Shown here: one piece after another, positions 1 through 9,783 of the stretch | How positions within the stretch are numbered: position 1 is the stretch's first letter | How the letters are laid out: every line of letters begins with the position of its first letter | DNA from: Candidatus Zhuqueibacterota bacterium | GTDB lineage: Bacteria; Zhuqueibacterota; Zhuqueibacteria; Thermofontimicrobiales; Thermofontimicrobiaceae | NCBI GenBank assembly: GCA_049322915.1 | Contig: JBMOPW010000034.1 | Coordinates: 691,372 to 755,371 of the forward strand | Direction: 5' to 3' | DNA length: 64,000 nucleotides | The notes under the pieces: model-generated | The model's input: only the letters and a program-made list of their open reading frames with translations | Databases searched by the model: none | What the model was told of the DNA's origin: nothing | Position numbers and translations under genes: made by a program

Positions 1-46
1 TCAACGCCACCCTGCTGTGTTGTGGGCGTTGGTGTCGCTGCAATGA

Positions 47-81
47 GAAAACCCGGAATCAGGGCTCAATTCCGGGTTTTC
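47..81 (-). terminator. Intrinsic terminator after fadL-like gene
   Basis: Perfect 13-bp inverted repeat GAAAACCCGGAAT/ATTCCGGGTTTTC about 45 bp past the stop codon. Confidence 0.75.
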
Positions 82-127
82 ATTTTTCTAACAATGGAAG
101 CACAATGATTTTGATTTTATCACGTGA

Positions 128-1435
128 TTAAAAATTGTATGTCATCCCAAAACTTGCAGCGATGATATTCATGCCATGGGTTCCTGGCATTTCATACGCG
201 CTCTCAAATGGGATTTCTCTGTCTTCGCCCATGAGGTACTCAAAACCCAGATCCAGGCTGATTTTGCCGAGGCAATAGCTTCCGCCGGCCGTGATGGCAT
301 TGTAGCTGACACTCGGGAAAATGATGTTCAGCGTTTCATCCGGGGCGGGCGCCGGATCATTGTAATACCCGGCTCGAACTGCCAAAACATCCGTCACCTT
401 GTATTGAGCGCCAAAGCGAATCTGTGTGGCGTCTTCCCAATTCAGATGCATTTCATTCTGACCGGTCTGGTTGACCTGCGCATCCCACACCGCGTCTTTG
501 TACGTTGTCACAATCGTCTCTTCGGTTTCAGACCATTTGCTGTACTGGACGTCGGCAGTGAGGGTCAGTTTTTCAGTCGCGCAGAAAGCGATTCCGCCGC
601 CAATCCACATGGGCCAGGCCAGATCGCGCTCATAATCCGTTTCCTCTGCATTGTACGCTTTGAACGCTGAATTGCTGGCAGTCCCTTCAAACGTCACGGT
701 GGTCTTCGTTTTGAAAGACAGGCCGACACTCAGTTTTTCAATCGGTTTCACCAATAAACCCAGGGAGAGACCATACCCCAGGCCGGTGCCGGATTCTTCG
801 TACTGGGCATCCATCATGCCATCTTCGCCCGGCTGCTGCGTCATCATGTTGTAGGTGTCCATCGGCTGTTTCATATCCATCTGGCCGTAAAACAGATTCA
901 GCGCAGCGCCCACAGAAATTTTATCATTGACGAGATAGGCAATTCCTGGTGAGAAATTGAATACACCAATCATGCTCATCCATTCGAATGCCGTGCCCGA
1001 TGGTCCGCTGAAAGCCGCAAGGTCTGCGCCATCCCATTCAGCGCCGAGTCCTGCCGGGACGAACGCGCCGATTCCGGCAAATAGCTTTTTACCGCAGAAT
1101 AATGGCAGATACCCCATGGCGTTGAGGCTGATGTAATGATTCATCCGGGTCTCGGCATCCACTGAAGCGCCACCCAGGGCTGCCGGGAATGTCACCTGAT
1201 AGGTGCCCTGAGGAATAATATCGGTCGCGAAAATGGAAAATTGCGGGCCTTTGACTCGAGCCAGTCCTGCCGGATTCCAGTAAATTGCGCTGTAATCATT
1301 TGCGAGACCGATGAACGCGCCGCCCATTCCGAGCGACCGGGTCCCGATGCTGTTCAAACTCAAACCATTTGCAAACACAGAAGTAAACGAGAAGCAAAGA
1401 AGAACTATCATGACTAACGACAAACTTTTTTTCAT
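128..1435 (-). CDS. OmpP1/FadL family outer-membrane transport protein
   Basis: Signal peptide; FadL hatch motif LGMGGA...YWNPAGL; beta-strand pattern; C-terminal Phe. Confidence 0.9.
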   Translation of the reverse strand: MKKSLSLVMIVLLCFSFTSVFANGLSLNSIGTRSLGMGGAFIGLANDYSAIYWNPAGLARVKGPQFSIFATDIIPQGTYQVTFPAALGGASVDAETRMNHYISLNAMGYLPLFCGKKLFAGIGAFVPAGLGAEWDGADLAAFSGPSGTAFEWMSMIGVFNFSPGIAYLVNDKISVGAALNLFYGQMDMKQPMDTYNMMTQQPGEDGMMDAQYEESGTGLGYGLSLGLLVKPIEKLSVGLSFKTKTTVTFEGTASNSAFKAYNAEETDYERDLAWPMWIGGGIAFCATEKLTLTADVQYSKWSETEETIVTTYKDAVWDAQVNQTGQNEMHLNWEDATQIRFGAQYKVTDVLAVRAGYYNDPAPAPDETLNIIFPSVSYNAITAGGSYCLGKISLDLGFEYLMGEDREIPFESAYEMPGTHGMNIIAASFGMTYNF

Positions 1436-1620
1436 TCAATCCTCCTGAAGTTAATGGACCTGATTAATAAATTTCAACAAAGCCAAACTGCGAACCGCTC
1501 ACCTCCTTTCGGAATGTGCACTTCGTATTCTGTTGTGATTACCGTAGGCAGGTCTGGTACTCATCCCGATTGGGACAAGCATGACTCCCCCTTCCATTTC
1601 TTTGAAACTGAATTTGAATA

Positions 1621-1799
1621 GTGTTTGTCCTAAAATTGCAAATATTGACCTCACCCCAGCCCTCTCCTAAAAGGAAAGGGAGAACAGATGTTCCCCTTCT
1701 TGCCCGTAGGGTAAGAAGGGGTTCAGGGGATGAGGTCTGACGGAATGAAGTTTGAAAATATCAACCCCATAGCTAATTCAGGTGTTTTCGGGCAGACAC
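1621..1799. mobile_element. MITE family B copy 1 (~180 bp, GTGTCTGTCC-type TIRs, internal CCCTCTCC/GGAGAGGG REP-like palindromes)
   Basis: TIRs GTGTTTGTCC...GGGCAGACAC; flanks TGAATA/TAAATA; near-identical copies at 46713-46890 and 55552-55738. Confidence 0.8.
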
Positions 1800-1912
1800 T
1801 AAATAGACCTCTGATCAGGAATTGCCACGTACTGGCTGCCCACGAACTCCCGATTTTAGTCGGGGCGAAAACAGACTCCATGCCTGGCGATTTGTCACCA
1901 CGACCATTTCGG

Positions 1913-2536
1913 CTAACAACCTCCGCCGGTCTTTTTCTTTTTGGTCTTCATCGTCGTAATTGCTTTGGGTTTTGCGCTCGACGCAGCATCGGACTGAACC
2001 TCCAATTGGCCACCGCCCAAATCCGAAGCAATGGCCGCTTTGGTTTGATAGAGCAATATTTCATCATTGGATGCCAGCGCGCCGGGTTTTTCCGGGTTCA
2101 AAATTTCTTTGTTCCAATAATTCAAACCGCCTTCAAGCACAACCACGTCCCTGATTCCGGCGGCATGCAGCACAACCCACGCCTGAGATGCATTGGAGAT
2201 GCCGTTGGAATACAAAATGATCAACTTGTTCGGGGAAAGATTTTCGATCGATTCCGGCGTCAGCAATTCCGGCAGCGGCATATTGATGGCCGATTTGATG
2301 TGTCCCTGCTGAAACGCTTCGGAAGAACGCACATCAATCAGAACGAAATCCGTATTGCCTTCCACAATCATTTGGGACACAGCTTCCGGACTGATGCGGT
2401 CTTCACTGCTCGCGATGGTTTTGGCCAGTTCCTGCGCATTGAGTTTGATCTGTCGATTTTGTACCGGCAAAAAGGCCAGGATGAGTCCCAGCACCAGAGC
2501 GATTAAAATGCCGATTTGTTTGCCTTTCAATGTCAT
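1913..2536 (-). CDS. Membrane-anchored rhodanese-like protein (active-site Cys replaced by Ser, C-terminal TGGGC)
   Basis: N-terminal TM helix; LIDVR...GHIKSAIN and VLEGGLNYW rhodanese motifs; start moved to MTLKGK. Confidence 0.85.
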   Translation of the reverse strand: MTLKGKQIGILIALVLGLILAFLPVQNRQIKLNAQELAKTIASSEDRISPEAVSQMIVEGNTDFVLIDVRSSEAFQQGHIKSAINMPLPELLTPESIENLSPNKLIILYSNGISNASQAWVVLHAAGIRDVVVLEGGLNYWNKEILNPEKPGALASNDEILLYQTKAAIASDLGGGQLEVQSDAASSAKPKAITTMKTKKKKTGGGC

Positions 2537-2540
2537 AGAA

Positions 2541-3134
2541 TCACCTCGATTTATTAAATTTACCTTCCAGTTTTTCAGCGCCATAAAATCCGGCGAGCGC
2601 CATGAGCACGATGCCAAAGGCGATTATTCCGGGCCGAATGCCCAGCAATTTATCCAGTGTGAACGTATCGCCCAAAAATCCTGCGATGAAGAGCGGTTCC
2701 AGCAGAAAGAACAGTTCGGAGAATGCGAATATCCCGGCGAACACGCCGAGCAAAAACATGATGCCATCGATTTTCATCGTGGCGCAGGCGACCAATCCGG
2801 TGCCGGGGCAATAACCGCCGATGATGAATCCAAATCCCAGAATCAACCCGCCGATGATTTGCGGCCAGAGATAGGTTGGATTGATGAAGATGAGTTTCAA
2901 GTCCAGCCAGCCAAATGCATTGAAATAGTAAATGCCGATCATGGCGACTACGATCGCGGTGAACATGACTTTGAACACGGTCATGTCGGTGAAATAAAAT
3001 TGCGCCGCCAGTTTGCGCGCGTTTCCAAAGCCGGCCCGTTCCAGTATAAATCCGAAGCCGATGCCAATGAGAAATGCCAGCACAAAGCCGGTCATTTCGC
3101 TGAAGAAATCCATCTGTGATAATGGTGCAAACAT
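2541..3134 (-). CDS. YeeE/YedE sulfur-compound transporter family protein
   Basis: GFGFILER and GGYCPGT motifs; highly hydrophobic. Confidence 0.85.
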   Translation of the reverse strand: MFAPLSQMDFFSEMTGFVLAFLIGIGFGFILERAGFGNARKLAAQFYFTDMTVFKVMFTAIVVAMIGIYYFNAFGWLDLKLIFINPTYLWPQIIGGLILGFGFIIGGYCPGTGLVACATMKIDGIMFLLGVFAGIFAFSELFFLLEPLFIAGFLGDTFTLDKLLGIRPGIIAFGIVLMALAGFYGAEKLEGKFNKSR

Positions 3135-3179
3135 AGGTTCCTCGTTAATTTATATTTGAGTGCTTCAAATTCTGGTGAG

Positions 3180-3692
3180 TTAGATCCATTGTTTTCTCAA
3201 AAAATAAGCCAGCATGTACGCGCCGACGAACACCATCATCATAAACGCCCAGCTACCAACAGCGAGCGTTGCGCCGCCGCTCAGCGCCTGTCCGCTGGTG
3301 CAGCCTCGCGCCAGCGACGCGCCAAACCCCATCAATCCCCCTCCGACAAACGCCAGGGCCAATCGAGTTTTATCGGTGACGTGTGGGCCGCGTTCGATTT
3401 TCCATTTCAAACGTCCGGCCAACGCGCCGGAGATGAGTCCTCCCACCAGCACGCCGAGCACCTCGTACACGAGCCAATCTTTCATGGGGCCGCCGCTCTC
3501 CGAGAAATAAGATCCCATGAAATGATTCTTTTCAGTATGGGCCGGAGCCACCTGATGTTCCACAGCAGCGACCGCGCGTTTGAATGCGCCGGATGCGCCC
3601 AGTCCGCGCCCGGCTATGACATAGGCAGCTAACAGCACCAGTCCCAGCAGAACGCCGGCAATGTAAGGCGACCAATATTTTTGTTGTTCCAT
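3180..3692 (-). CDS. YeeE/YedE sulfur-compound transporter family protein
   Basis: WSPYIAG and GASLARGCTSGQALSG motifs. Confidence 0.9.
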   Translation of the reverse strand: MEQQKYWSPYIAGVLLGLVLLAAYVIAGRGLGASGAFKRAVAAVEHQVAPAHTEKNHFMGSYFSESGGPMKDWLVYEVLGVLVGGLISGALAGRLKWKIERGPHVTDKTRLALAFVGGGLMGFGASLARGCTSGQALSGGATLAVGSWAFMMMVFVGAYMLAYFLRKQWI

Positions 3693-3741
3693 TTCATTTC
3701 CCTCAGTATCAATTTTCTGTCATTCGATTTCTATCAATGAA

Positions 3742-4707
3742 TTAATAAGGAATCCAGGTGGACATCTGTCCGGCCTGGACCATCAAAAATCGCAGGAGGA
3801 TTCCACCCAACAGCACGAAGACCGGCGAGAGAAAGCCCGGCATGTGTTTTCCCCTGATCTCGTGCAATTCCAGAAATGCAGGGAGAACCAATCCCAGCAT
3901 GACGATGAAAATCCAGAAGAAAGCAGTGAGTGGACCGCCCAGAATAAGTTTGGCCGCTTCCTGCGTAATGGCCGGTCCGGTGACCTGCTCGATGATGAGC
4001 AGGAGAAGGAACAGCATTTCCGTGAGAATCAAACCCAAATCAATTTTCTGGAATAGCGCTATCTCCTTTTTCTCCCGAGAAAGCAGAATAACCAATGCCG
4101 CAGCCGTGGATAAACCGGAGACTAAAAACAGGGGGCCCAGTATAGCAGAATTCCAGAACGGCCTCGCGGCGAACGCTCCCAGCAAAATGCCGGTGTAAAC
4201 ACCCACGAACAGACCAACGAACAGATTGATCCAGGCAATAGGGCGAGTGAATTTGGACAGCCAGTTCAGGATGCTATCTGCGCGGGGAATTCTGGTCACT
4301 ATCTGATTGCTGTAAAATTCAGGGAAGCCCTGTCGCAGTTGGGTTAAAATGAACAATAAATTGAACGGATAGAATACGATCAGAATCCAGGCGCCCCAGG
4401 ACATGGGCGCGGACGGCCGAAACGTCAGGTACATCTGGTAGACGCGAATTTTATTTTCCAGATCGAGCAGCAGCGCCAACATTCCCGCACTGAGCAGGAT
4501 CGGCGCCAACAGTGGCATCCGCGAGGCGGCCAGCGGCATCTCTTTTGATTTATTCAAAAGGACAAGCAGCGCCGAAAGCGCCACAATGCCGGCCACCAGT
4601 CCTCCTAAAAACAAATACACAGGAATTTCCCAGCCCCAGATATGCAGCGATGGATCAATGAGATGGTTCAATTTTCCACTTGTAATTTCTATTTCTTCCA
4701 TTGGCAT
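3742..4707 (-). CDS. psrC: NrfD/PsrC polysulfide reductase membrane anchor
   Basis: WGWEIPVYLFLGG, LDL and SWGAW NrfD motifs; adjacent to psrAB. Confidence 0.88.
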   Translation of the reverse strand: MPMEEIEITSGKLNHLIDPSLHIWGWEIPVYLFLGGLVAGIVALSALLVLLNKSKEMPLAASRMPLLAPILLSAGMLALLLDLENKIRVYQMYLTFRPSAPMSWGAWILIVFYPFNLLFILTQLRQGFPEFYSNQIVTRIPRADSILNWLSKFTRPIAWINLFVGLFVGVYTGILLGAFAARPFWNSAILGPLFLVSGLSTAAALVILLSREKKEIALFQKIDLGLILTEMLFLLLLIIEQVTGPAITQEAAKLILGGPLTAFFWIFIVMLGLVLPAFLELHEIRGKHMPGFLSPVFVLLGGILLRFLMVQAGQMSTWIPY

Positions 4708-4894
4708 TCCTTACAATAATATTGAATTGTGTATTTGATACGATTTAATGCTGTTGAAAAAGTCACTGCGGACGAACCCGGCAGCACTCCGAGAGAATCT
4801 TCGGACTCCCCCATCTGTCTGTTATAACGTAACCTGATAATGCCAGTTAACTCTCAGTTCGACCCGGTGACAATTTTAAAAACAAGTAACCGGA

Positions 4895-5434
4895 TCAGAT
4901 CAAATAATAAACCTGGGGACCCGTGCCGGTGGAGGGCTGAATGACTTTCCATTTTCTGGAATTCAGCAGACGACTCACTTCGCTGTTGGGTTGGTTCAGG
5001 TCGCCGAAATACAAACAACGGGTCGGACAGACCGAGACGCACGCAGGCAGCTTGCCTTCTTTCAAGCGATGCTCGCAGAACGTGCATTTATCCACCCAGC
5101 CTTCCGGATGGACGTAACGCGCATCGTAGGGACAGGCGGCGATGCATGCTTTGCAGCCAATGCATTTGCTGTGTTCCACCAGCGTGATGTTGGAATCAGA
5201 TTCGATGTAACTGGCCCCGGTCGGACAGGCATGCACGCACGGAGGATGCTCGCAGTGATTGCATCGTTCCGAACGTATCTCCAGGCTCAGTTCGGGAAAC
5301 TTGCCGTGAGTCTCCTCGACAATCCAATCGCGATGAAATCCATCAGGGGTTTGATTTTCTGTCTTGCAGGCCACAATGCAATCCGTACATCCCACGCATT
5401 TTTTGGTATCGATCACCATCGCATAACGCGCCAT
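4895..5434 (-). CDS. psrB: 4x[4Fe-4S] electron-transfer subunit (PsrB/NrfC family)
   Basis: CxxCxxCxxxC, CNHCEHPPCVHACP and KCTFC motifs; start overlaps psrA stop. Confidence 0.9.
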   Translation of the reverse strand: MARYAMVIDTKKCVGCTDCIVACKTENQTPDGFHRDWIVEETHGKFPELSLEIRSERCNHCEHPPCVHACPTGASYIESDSNITLVEHSKCIGCKACIAACPYDARYVHPEGWVDKCTFCEHRLKEGKLPACVSVCPTRCLYFGDLNQPNSEVSRLLNSRKWKVIQPSTGTGPQVYYLI

Positions 5435-7647
5435 TATACTCCCTCCATCTTAAACGTCACAAAATTTCCCCGCATGCCGGTCCCGCCCATGATTGGATCC
5501 ATCAATACTTTTGTAATCAGCATATTGTCATCTGCGCCTTTCAGGTAGGATCGCGCCATCTGTTTTTGCGTATGGCCAAATCCATGCACCATGTAGACGC
5601 AGTCATTCCTGATGCGTTGAGTGACTTTCGCCTTGATGCGATTGCTCACCACACCGTCCTGGTTCTCCAGCCGGACATAGGCGCCGGGTTTGATTCCCCA
5701 CTCTTTAGCCACCGATTCGCTGATCCACACTTCATTCTCATTTTTCACCTGGGTGAGAATGGGATTGTTGGTGGTTCGGCTGAACGTATGCATGGGCGCG
5801 CGGCCGTAAATCAACCGATAATACCCTTCCGGCGGTTCTTCGTGTTTGGTGTATTTCGGGATGGGATCGAACCCGTATTGTTCGAGTTGAGTTGAGTATA
5901 ATTCGATTTTGCCGGATGGCGTGTAAAATTCGTAATCTTCACCATCCAGGCCGTACAGCGGCGAATCCCAGTCAAATCGCTTGAGGCCGATTTTTTTCAT
6001 TTCCTCCAACGAAGTCCCCATCTGCTTCAGGCGATAATCGAGGAATTCTTCAATATCCTGCCACGGAAAATATTCGCTGAGATTGAGCTTGTCTGCCAAT
6101 TGCTTCACCATCCACCAGGCCGGCCTGGAATCCCAACGCGGCTGGAATACGGGCGCCCTCAGTGCGACTGTGGGAAACCGTTCCTGCAGAATGCGCAGAT
6201 CATCGTACCGTTCGAGGTACGTGCATTCCGGAAGCACGACGTCGGCCCAGCCGGTGATCTCCGTCGGCATCACGTCAATGGCCACCAGCAAGTCCAGCGC
6301 CTGAATTGCCTGCATCGTCTTGTTCACGTCCGGGATGGTCAGCGGAATGTTCACGCCGTACACAAACCAGCCCTTGATATTGCACTCGTTCTCCACCGAG
6401 GGCACTGTGGCGTCGCACAACCCGGATGACAGCACCAGCGACGCCAACGGGTATTTATCCGGATAAACGCTGCGCCAATCGCGCTTGGGCGCCGGCGGCT
6501 TGGGCGCCGGATAATCAACTTCATCCAATTTTGCCGGGAAATAGAATCCGCCTTTTCGGCCCCAGCTTCCCAGCAGCGCATTGATGATAGCACTGGCGCG
6601 CACCCGCTGCGTATCATCGCCGTACCAGGTGACATGCCGTCCCGGATGCACAATGACGCGTGGGGCAGCATGGCCCATTTCCCGCGCCGTCTTGCGAATG
6701 ACGTCGGGCCGAATGGTTGTAATCGGGTAGGCCCATTCCGGCGTGTAGGTTTTAACCGTCGCTTTCAACACATCAAAACCATAGGTATATTTTTCAACAT
6801 AGGCTTTATCGTATAATTCCTCTTCGATGATCACATTTATCCAGGCCAGCAACAATGCCATGTCCGTCGCCGGCTTGATCGGCAACCAGTATTTGGATTT
6901 GCTGGCCGCGACAGAAAAACGGGGATCCACGGTGATGATGGTTGCGCCGCGTTCGATAGCTTCAGCAAATTCCTGCACCTGACTATTGTGCATATTCTCG
7001 CCGAGGTGGGAACCGATCAAGACGAGACAATCGGTATTTTTGATGTCGGTATTGGGCGGCGAACCAACCTGTTCGCCAAAGGTCAGCATATAGGCATCCT
7101 CGCGGGGACCGCGGCATTGGGCATAAGAAGGCGCCGCTACGTTGGTGGAGCCCCAGGCATTGATCAGCTTTTTGAAAAACGTACCGCCCGCTCCGTGAGT
7201 GAACAGCGCCACGCATTCCCGGCCGTGTTCCTTTTCAATCTTGTACAACTTCTCGGCAATATAATCGAACGCCTCGTCCCAGGTCGCTTCCCGGAATGTC
7301 TGCTTCCCGCGCGCCTCGGTTCGAATCAGGGGCACTTTCAATCGGTCATCATCCATGTACGCGCCCATGCCGCCGCTTCCCCGAGGACAAAGCCGGCCGC
7401 GACACATGGGATCGTCCTCGTGGCCTTCGATCTTCCACGGCTGGTTATCTTTCTTCACAGCCCAGGCAGCACATTTCCAGAAACAAATCTCGCAATAGGT
7501 TGGGACACGTTCAATGATAGGTCCATTTTGCGAACCAGCGCTGCCGAAAAGGTTGAACGGCTCAAACAGCCGCGCCCCGAACGCTGCTCCGCTTAATCCA
7601 AGCGAGGAGATTTTAATGAAATCACGTCGATTCACTTTTTTGGGCAT
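5434..7647 (-). CDS. psrA: Molybdopterin oxidoreductase catalytic subunit, polysulfide/thiosulfate reductase type
   Basis: Tat signal NRRDFIK; CEICFWKC...C FeS motif; AQCRGPR probable Mo-ligand Cys; start moved to MPKK. Confidence 0.88.
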   Translation of the reverse strand: MPKKVNRRDFIKISSLGLSGAAFGARLFEPFNLFGSAGSQNGPIIERVPTYCEICFWKCAAWAVKKDNQPWKIEGHEDDPMCRGRLCPRGSGGMGAYMDDDRLKVPLIRTEARGKQTFREATWDEAFDYIAEKLYKIEKEHGRECVALFTHGAGGTFFKKLINAWGSTNVAAPSYAQCRGPREDAYMLTFGEQVGSPPNTDIKNTDCLVLIGSHLGENMHNSQVQEFAEAIERGATIITVDPRFSVAASKSKYWLPIKPATDMALLLAWINVIIEEELYDKAYVEKYTYGFDVLKATVKTYTPEWAYPITTIRPDVIRKTAREMGHAAPRVIVHPGRHVTWYGDDTQRVRASAIINALLGSWGRKGGFYFPAKLDEVDYPAPKPPAPKRDWRSVYPDKYPLASLVLSSGLCDATVPSVENECNIKGWFVYGVNIPLTIPDVNKTMQAIQALDLLVAIDVMPTEITGWADVVLPECTYLERYDDLRILQERFPTVALRAPVFQPRWDSRPAWWMVKQLADKLNLSEYFPWQDIEEFLDYRLKQMGTSLEEMKKIGLKRFDWDSPLYGLDGEDYEFYTPSGKIELYSTQLEQYGFDPIPKYTKHEEPPEGYYRLIYGRAPMHTFSRTTNNPILTQVKNENEVWISESVAKEWGIKPGAYVRLENQDGVVSNRIKAKVTQRIRNDCVYMVHGFGHTQKQMARSYLKGADDNMLITKVLMDPIMGGTGMRGNFVTFKMEGV

Positions 7648-7802
7648 GATGTTTCCTATTCGCTTTTTTTGTTCACACCGATCTATGAATTTTTGCAACG
7701 CTTCTGCATCAACGCCTCAATGGCATTAAGAAGAAGAAATATCCGAAATAATCGATTCTGACAACTGAATTTGATTTTATAAATTCGAATATCACATGGT
7801 AA

Positions 7803-7886
7803 GAATGAGTCTACGCTAAAAAGGGGTTAAAGCCCAAAAATCAAAGGTAACTTTCTGTTCCCGACTTAAAAGTCGCGGCTATTCAA
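7803..7886. repeat. ~85-bp dispersed repeat (second copy 57725-57809)
   Basis: GAATGAGTC..GCTAAAAAGGGG..GCCCAAAAATCAAA..TTTCTGTTCCC..GGCTATTCAA shared by both copies. Confidence 0.75.
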
Positions 7887-8036
7887 AGTATATAAGTTTA
7901 CAAATGCTCTCTTCGACTCTCAACATTGCAGCCCGTGAAACGGGTTGCGATCAGACCTCCGGCTATCGGCTACATCCTTATCAGACTTAATAGTTATTCG
8001 AGGCATTAATTTATTATGCCATTTTTTAATATACTT

Positions 8037-8055
8037 AATAGTTGACATTATCAAC
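8037..8055. promoter_or_regulatory. Putative MarR operator upstream of psrA
   Basis: AATAGTTGACATTATCAAC, nearly identical to 8675-8693 upstream of marR. Confidence 0.6.
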
Positions 8056-8071
8056 AATTTATCAAAAAAAA

Positions 8072-8527
8072 TTATTCCAGGGACAACCAATTTTGCACAG
8101 CGTGGTTGAGCTGCTCCAGCACCTGTATCATCGATTTTTGATACTCGGCCGGGATATTCTGCATAATTTGTTCGTGAATTTTTTGATAATCCCTGATGAG
8201 CTTTTTGGACAGATCCATTCCGGCGCCTGTGAGGGACAGGTTGTACACGCGGCGATCCGTCTCTCCAATATCACGGTTTACCAGCTTCTTACGAACCAGG
8301 CCATCGACGATGCGGGTCACCCGGCTGCTGGTCAGCGACATTTTCTGGGCTAAGTGATTCACTGTCAGACTTTCATGCTCGTACAGCGTGCGCAAACAGC
8401 GGAACTCCACAATGGAGACGCCGTACTTGGCCACATGCCGATTTTCTTTCTCATTGCAGTTTACAAATAACCGCGAGATGACTTCGGCGAGCTTGACTGA
8501 ATCCGGTTGGGAGAACGATTCGGACAT
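8072..8527 (-). CDS. MarR family transcriptional regulator
   Basis: wHTH LTVNHLAQKMSLTSSRVTRIVDGLV...DRR. Confidence 0.92.
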   Translation of the reverse strand: MSESFSQPDSVKLAEVISRLFVNCNEKENRHVAKYGVSIVEFRCLRTLYEHESLTVNHLAQKMSLTSSRVTRIVDGLVRKKLVNRDIGETDRRVYNLSLTGAGMDLSKKLIRDYQKIHEQIMQNIPAEYQKSMIQVLEQLNHAVQNWLSLE

Positions 8528-8674
8528 GATCTATTCTTTTTTGAAATGAATGTGTGTGAATACCCATCGGATGAATGAGCGAAATCCGCTGTCCGCAACC
8601 TGAAGCATTCAGCGCGGAGAGCGCTTCCATGTTCCATTCGATTCGATGCCATAGAGAGAAAAAGATAATACAGC

Positions 8675-8693
8675 AATAGTTGATAGTATCAAA
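8675..8693. promoter_or_regulatory. Putative MarR autoregulatory operator
   Basis: Palindrome TTGATAGTATCAA just downstream of a minus-strand TTGCTT-N17-TATATT promoter. Confidence 0.6.
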
Positions 8694-9009
8694 TATTGTT
8701 GCAAAAATATAATGAAATGATACAGGAAAAGCAAGAACTTTTTTATCAAATTCAGTCATCGACGGAGCAAAAAGACGGCCGGTTTTGATCGGAAAATCCA
8801 TTGAATTTTTCAAAAGAATCGGTTATATTCTGTCATCCTGCAATCGGACGCCGGGGACTCCTGCCGGTGAGCATTTCACGGAACCATTCCCGACAACGGC
8901 GGAGTTGCGCATTCGCTGCTTGTTGATGTTTCAATTTACCAGCTCTTTGCGCGGAGAACAATCACGTGCATCGCATGGCTGAGCTCTTTCCCATGCGCGG
9001 TCATGTTCG

Positions 9010-9732
9010 ATGCTAAAATTTCAGGACAATGCAATGAAGAAACATGCCATAAAATTAAAGACATTCGCTGCGATGAAATTGCCCGTAATACTGGTCATTT
9101 TCACGGTGCATTGCGCCACTGGAACCTATCCGATACACATCGGAGAATCGTTCATCAAAGATGGTCACGTGGGATCCTTCCACGGTGAAACGCAAATTCA
9201 ATCGCTGCCTCCGCAGACTGAATTTGCGACCACCGGCGTCTATTCCGAGCGCCAATTATTCATGGACGCCTACCCGGTGGTAAGAACTTATCACCCGAAT
9301 ACAGGTTTAACCTATACGCCATTGGCCAAAAAACTCGACTGCGCCGAGGGCAGTCTCATGCATGTCAACGGGAAAATCATTGCCATCCCGATTCAGTATC
9401 CCCGCATCAAAAAGACCGTTTCGTACCATGTGCTCGAAGCAGCGTCGTTCCGCATTACCGCCGATACGCGGGACATGGCGCAGCGTGTGACACGCGAATA
9501 CCTGTCGATCCGGGAAAATCTGGAGCGGCAAATCCGCAGCAACGATTCGAATCTGTCCCTGTCGATTAAACCGAATTGGCTGAACTGGTACGACGAATCC
9601 AATGGCCAATATCTCATGACGTTTTTTCAATATGACCTCATGTACGCCGCAGCGATCGAATTCATTGTCAATGATGAAACAGGAAAAATCGAGTCGGTCT
9701 GGGCGAAACAATGGTTCAAAGGTGAACTGTGA
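9010..9732 (+). CDS. Hypothetical exported protein / lipoprotein
   Basis: 240-aa ORF with hydrophobic leader ending VHC; no family recognised; start uncertain. Confidence 0.65.
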   Translation: MLKFQDNAMKKHAIKLKTFAAMKLPVILVIFTVHCATGTYPIHIGESFIKDGHVGSFHGETQIQSLPPQTEFATTGVYSERQLFMDAYPVVRTYHPNTGLTYTPLAKKLDCAEGSLMHVNGKIIAIPIQYPRIKKTVSYHVLEAASFRITADTRDMAQRVTREYLSIRENLERQIRSNDSNLSLSIKPNWLNWYDESNGQYLMTFFQYDLMYAAAIEFIVNDETGKIESVWAKQWFKGEL

Positions 9733-9783
9733 CATTCGCTATTTTGCATACTACCCACTAACCCAATCAGAGAGGAGCTTCGT

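Noticed and set aside
1730..2506. 258-aa plus-strand ORF and other long antisense ORFs (e.g. 39474-40733, 41025-41996, 31113-31985, 24334-25209)
   Set aside because: Shadows of well-supported genes on the opposite strand; no recognisable motifs.
4750..4765. IS-like end GCTGTTGAAAAAGTC between psrB and psrC
   Set aside because: No partner inverted repeat or TSD found.
5434..7647. Selenocysteine or read-through in the molybdoenzyme
   Set aside because: The ORF is uninterrupted and the probable Mo ligand is encoded as Cys.
7900..7990. Molybdenum-cofactor riboswitch upstream of psrA
   Set aside because: A hairpin is present but I could not match the conserved Moco motif; needs cmsearch.
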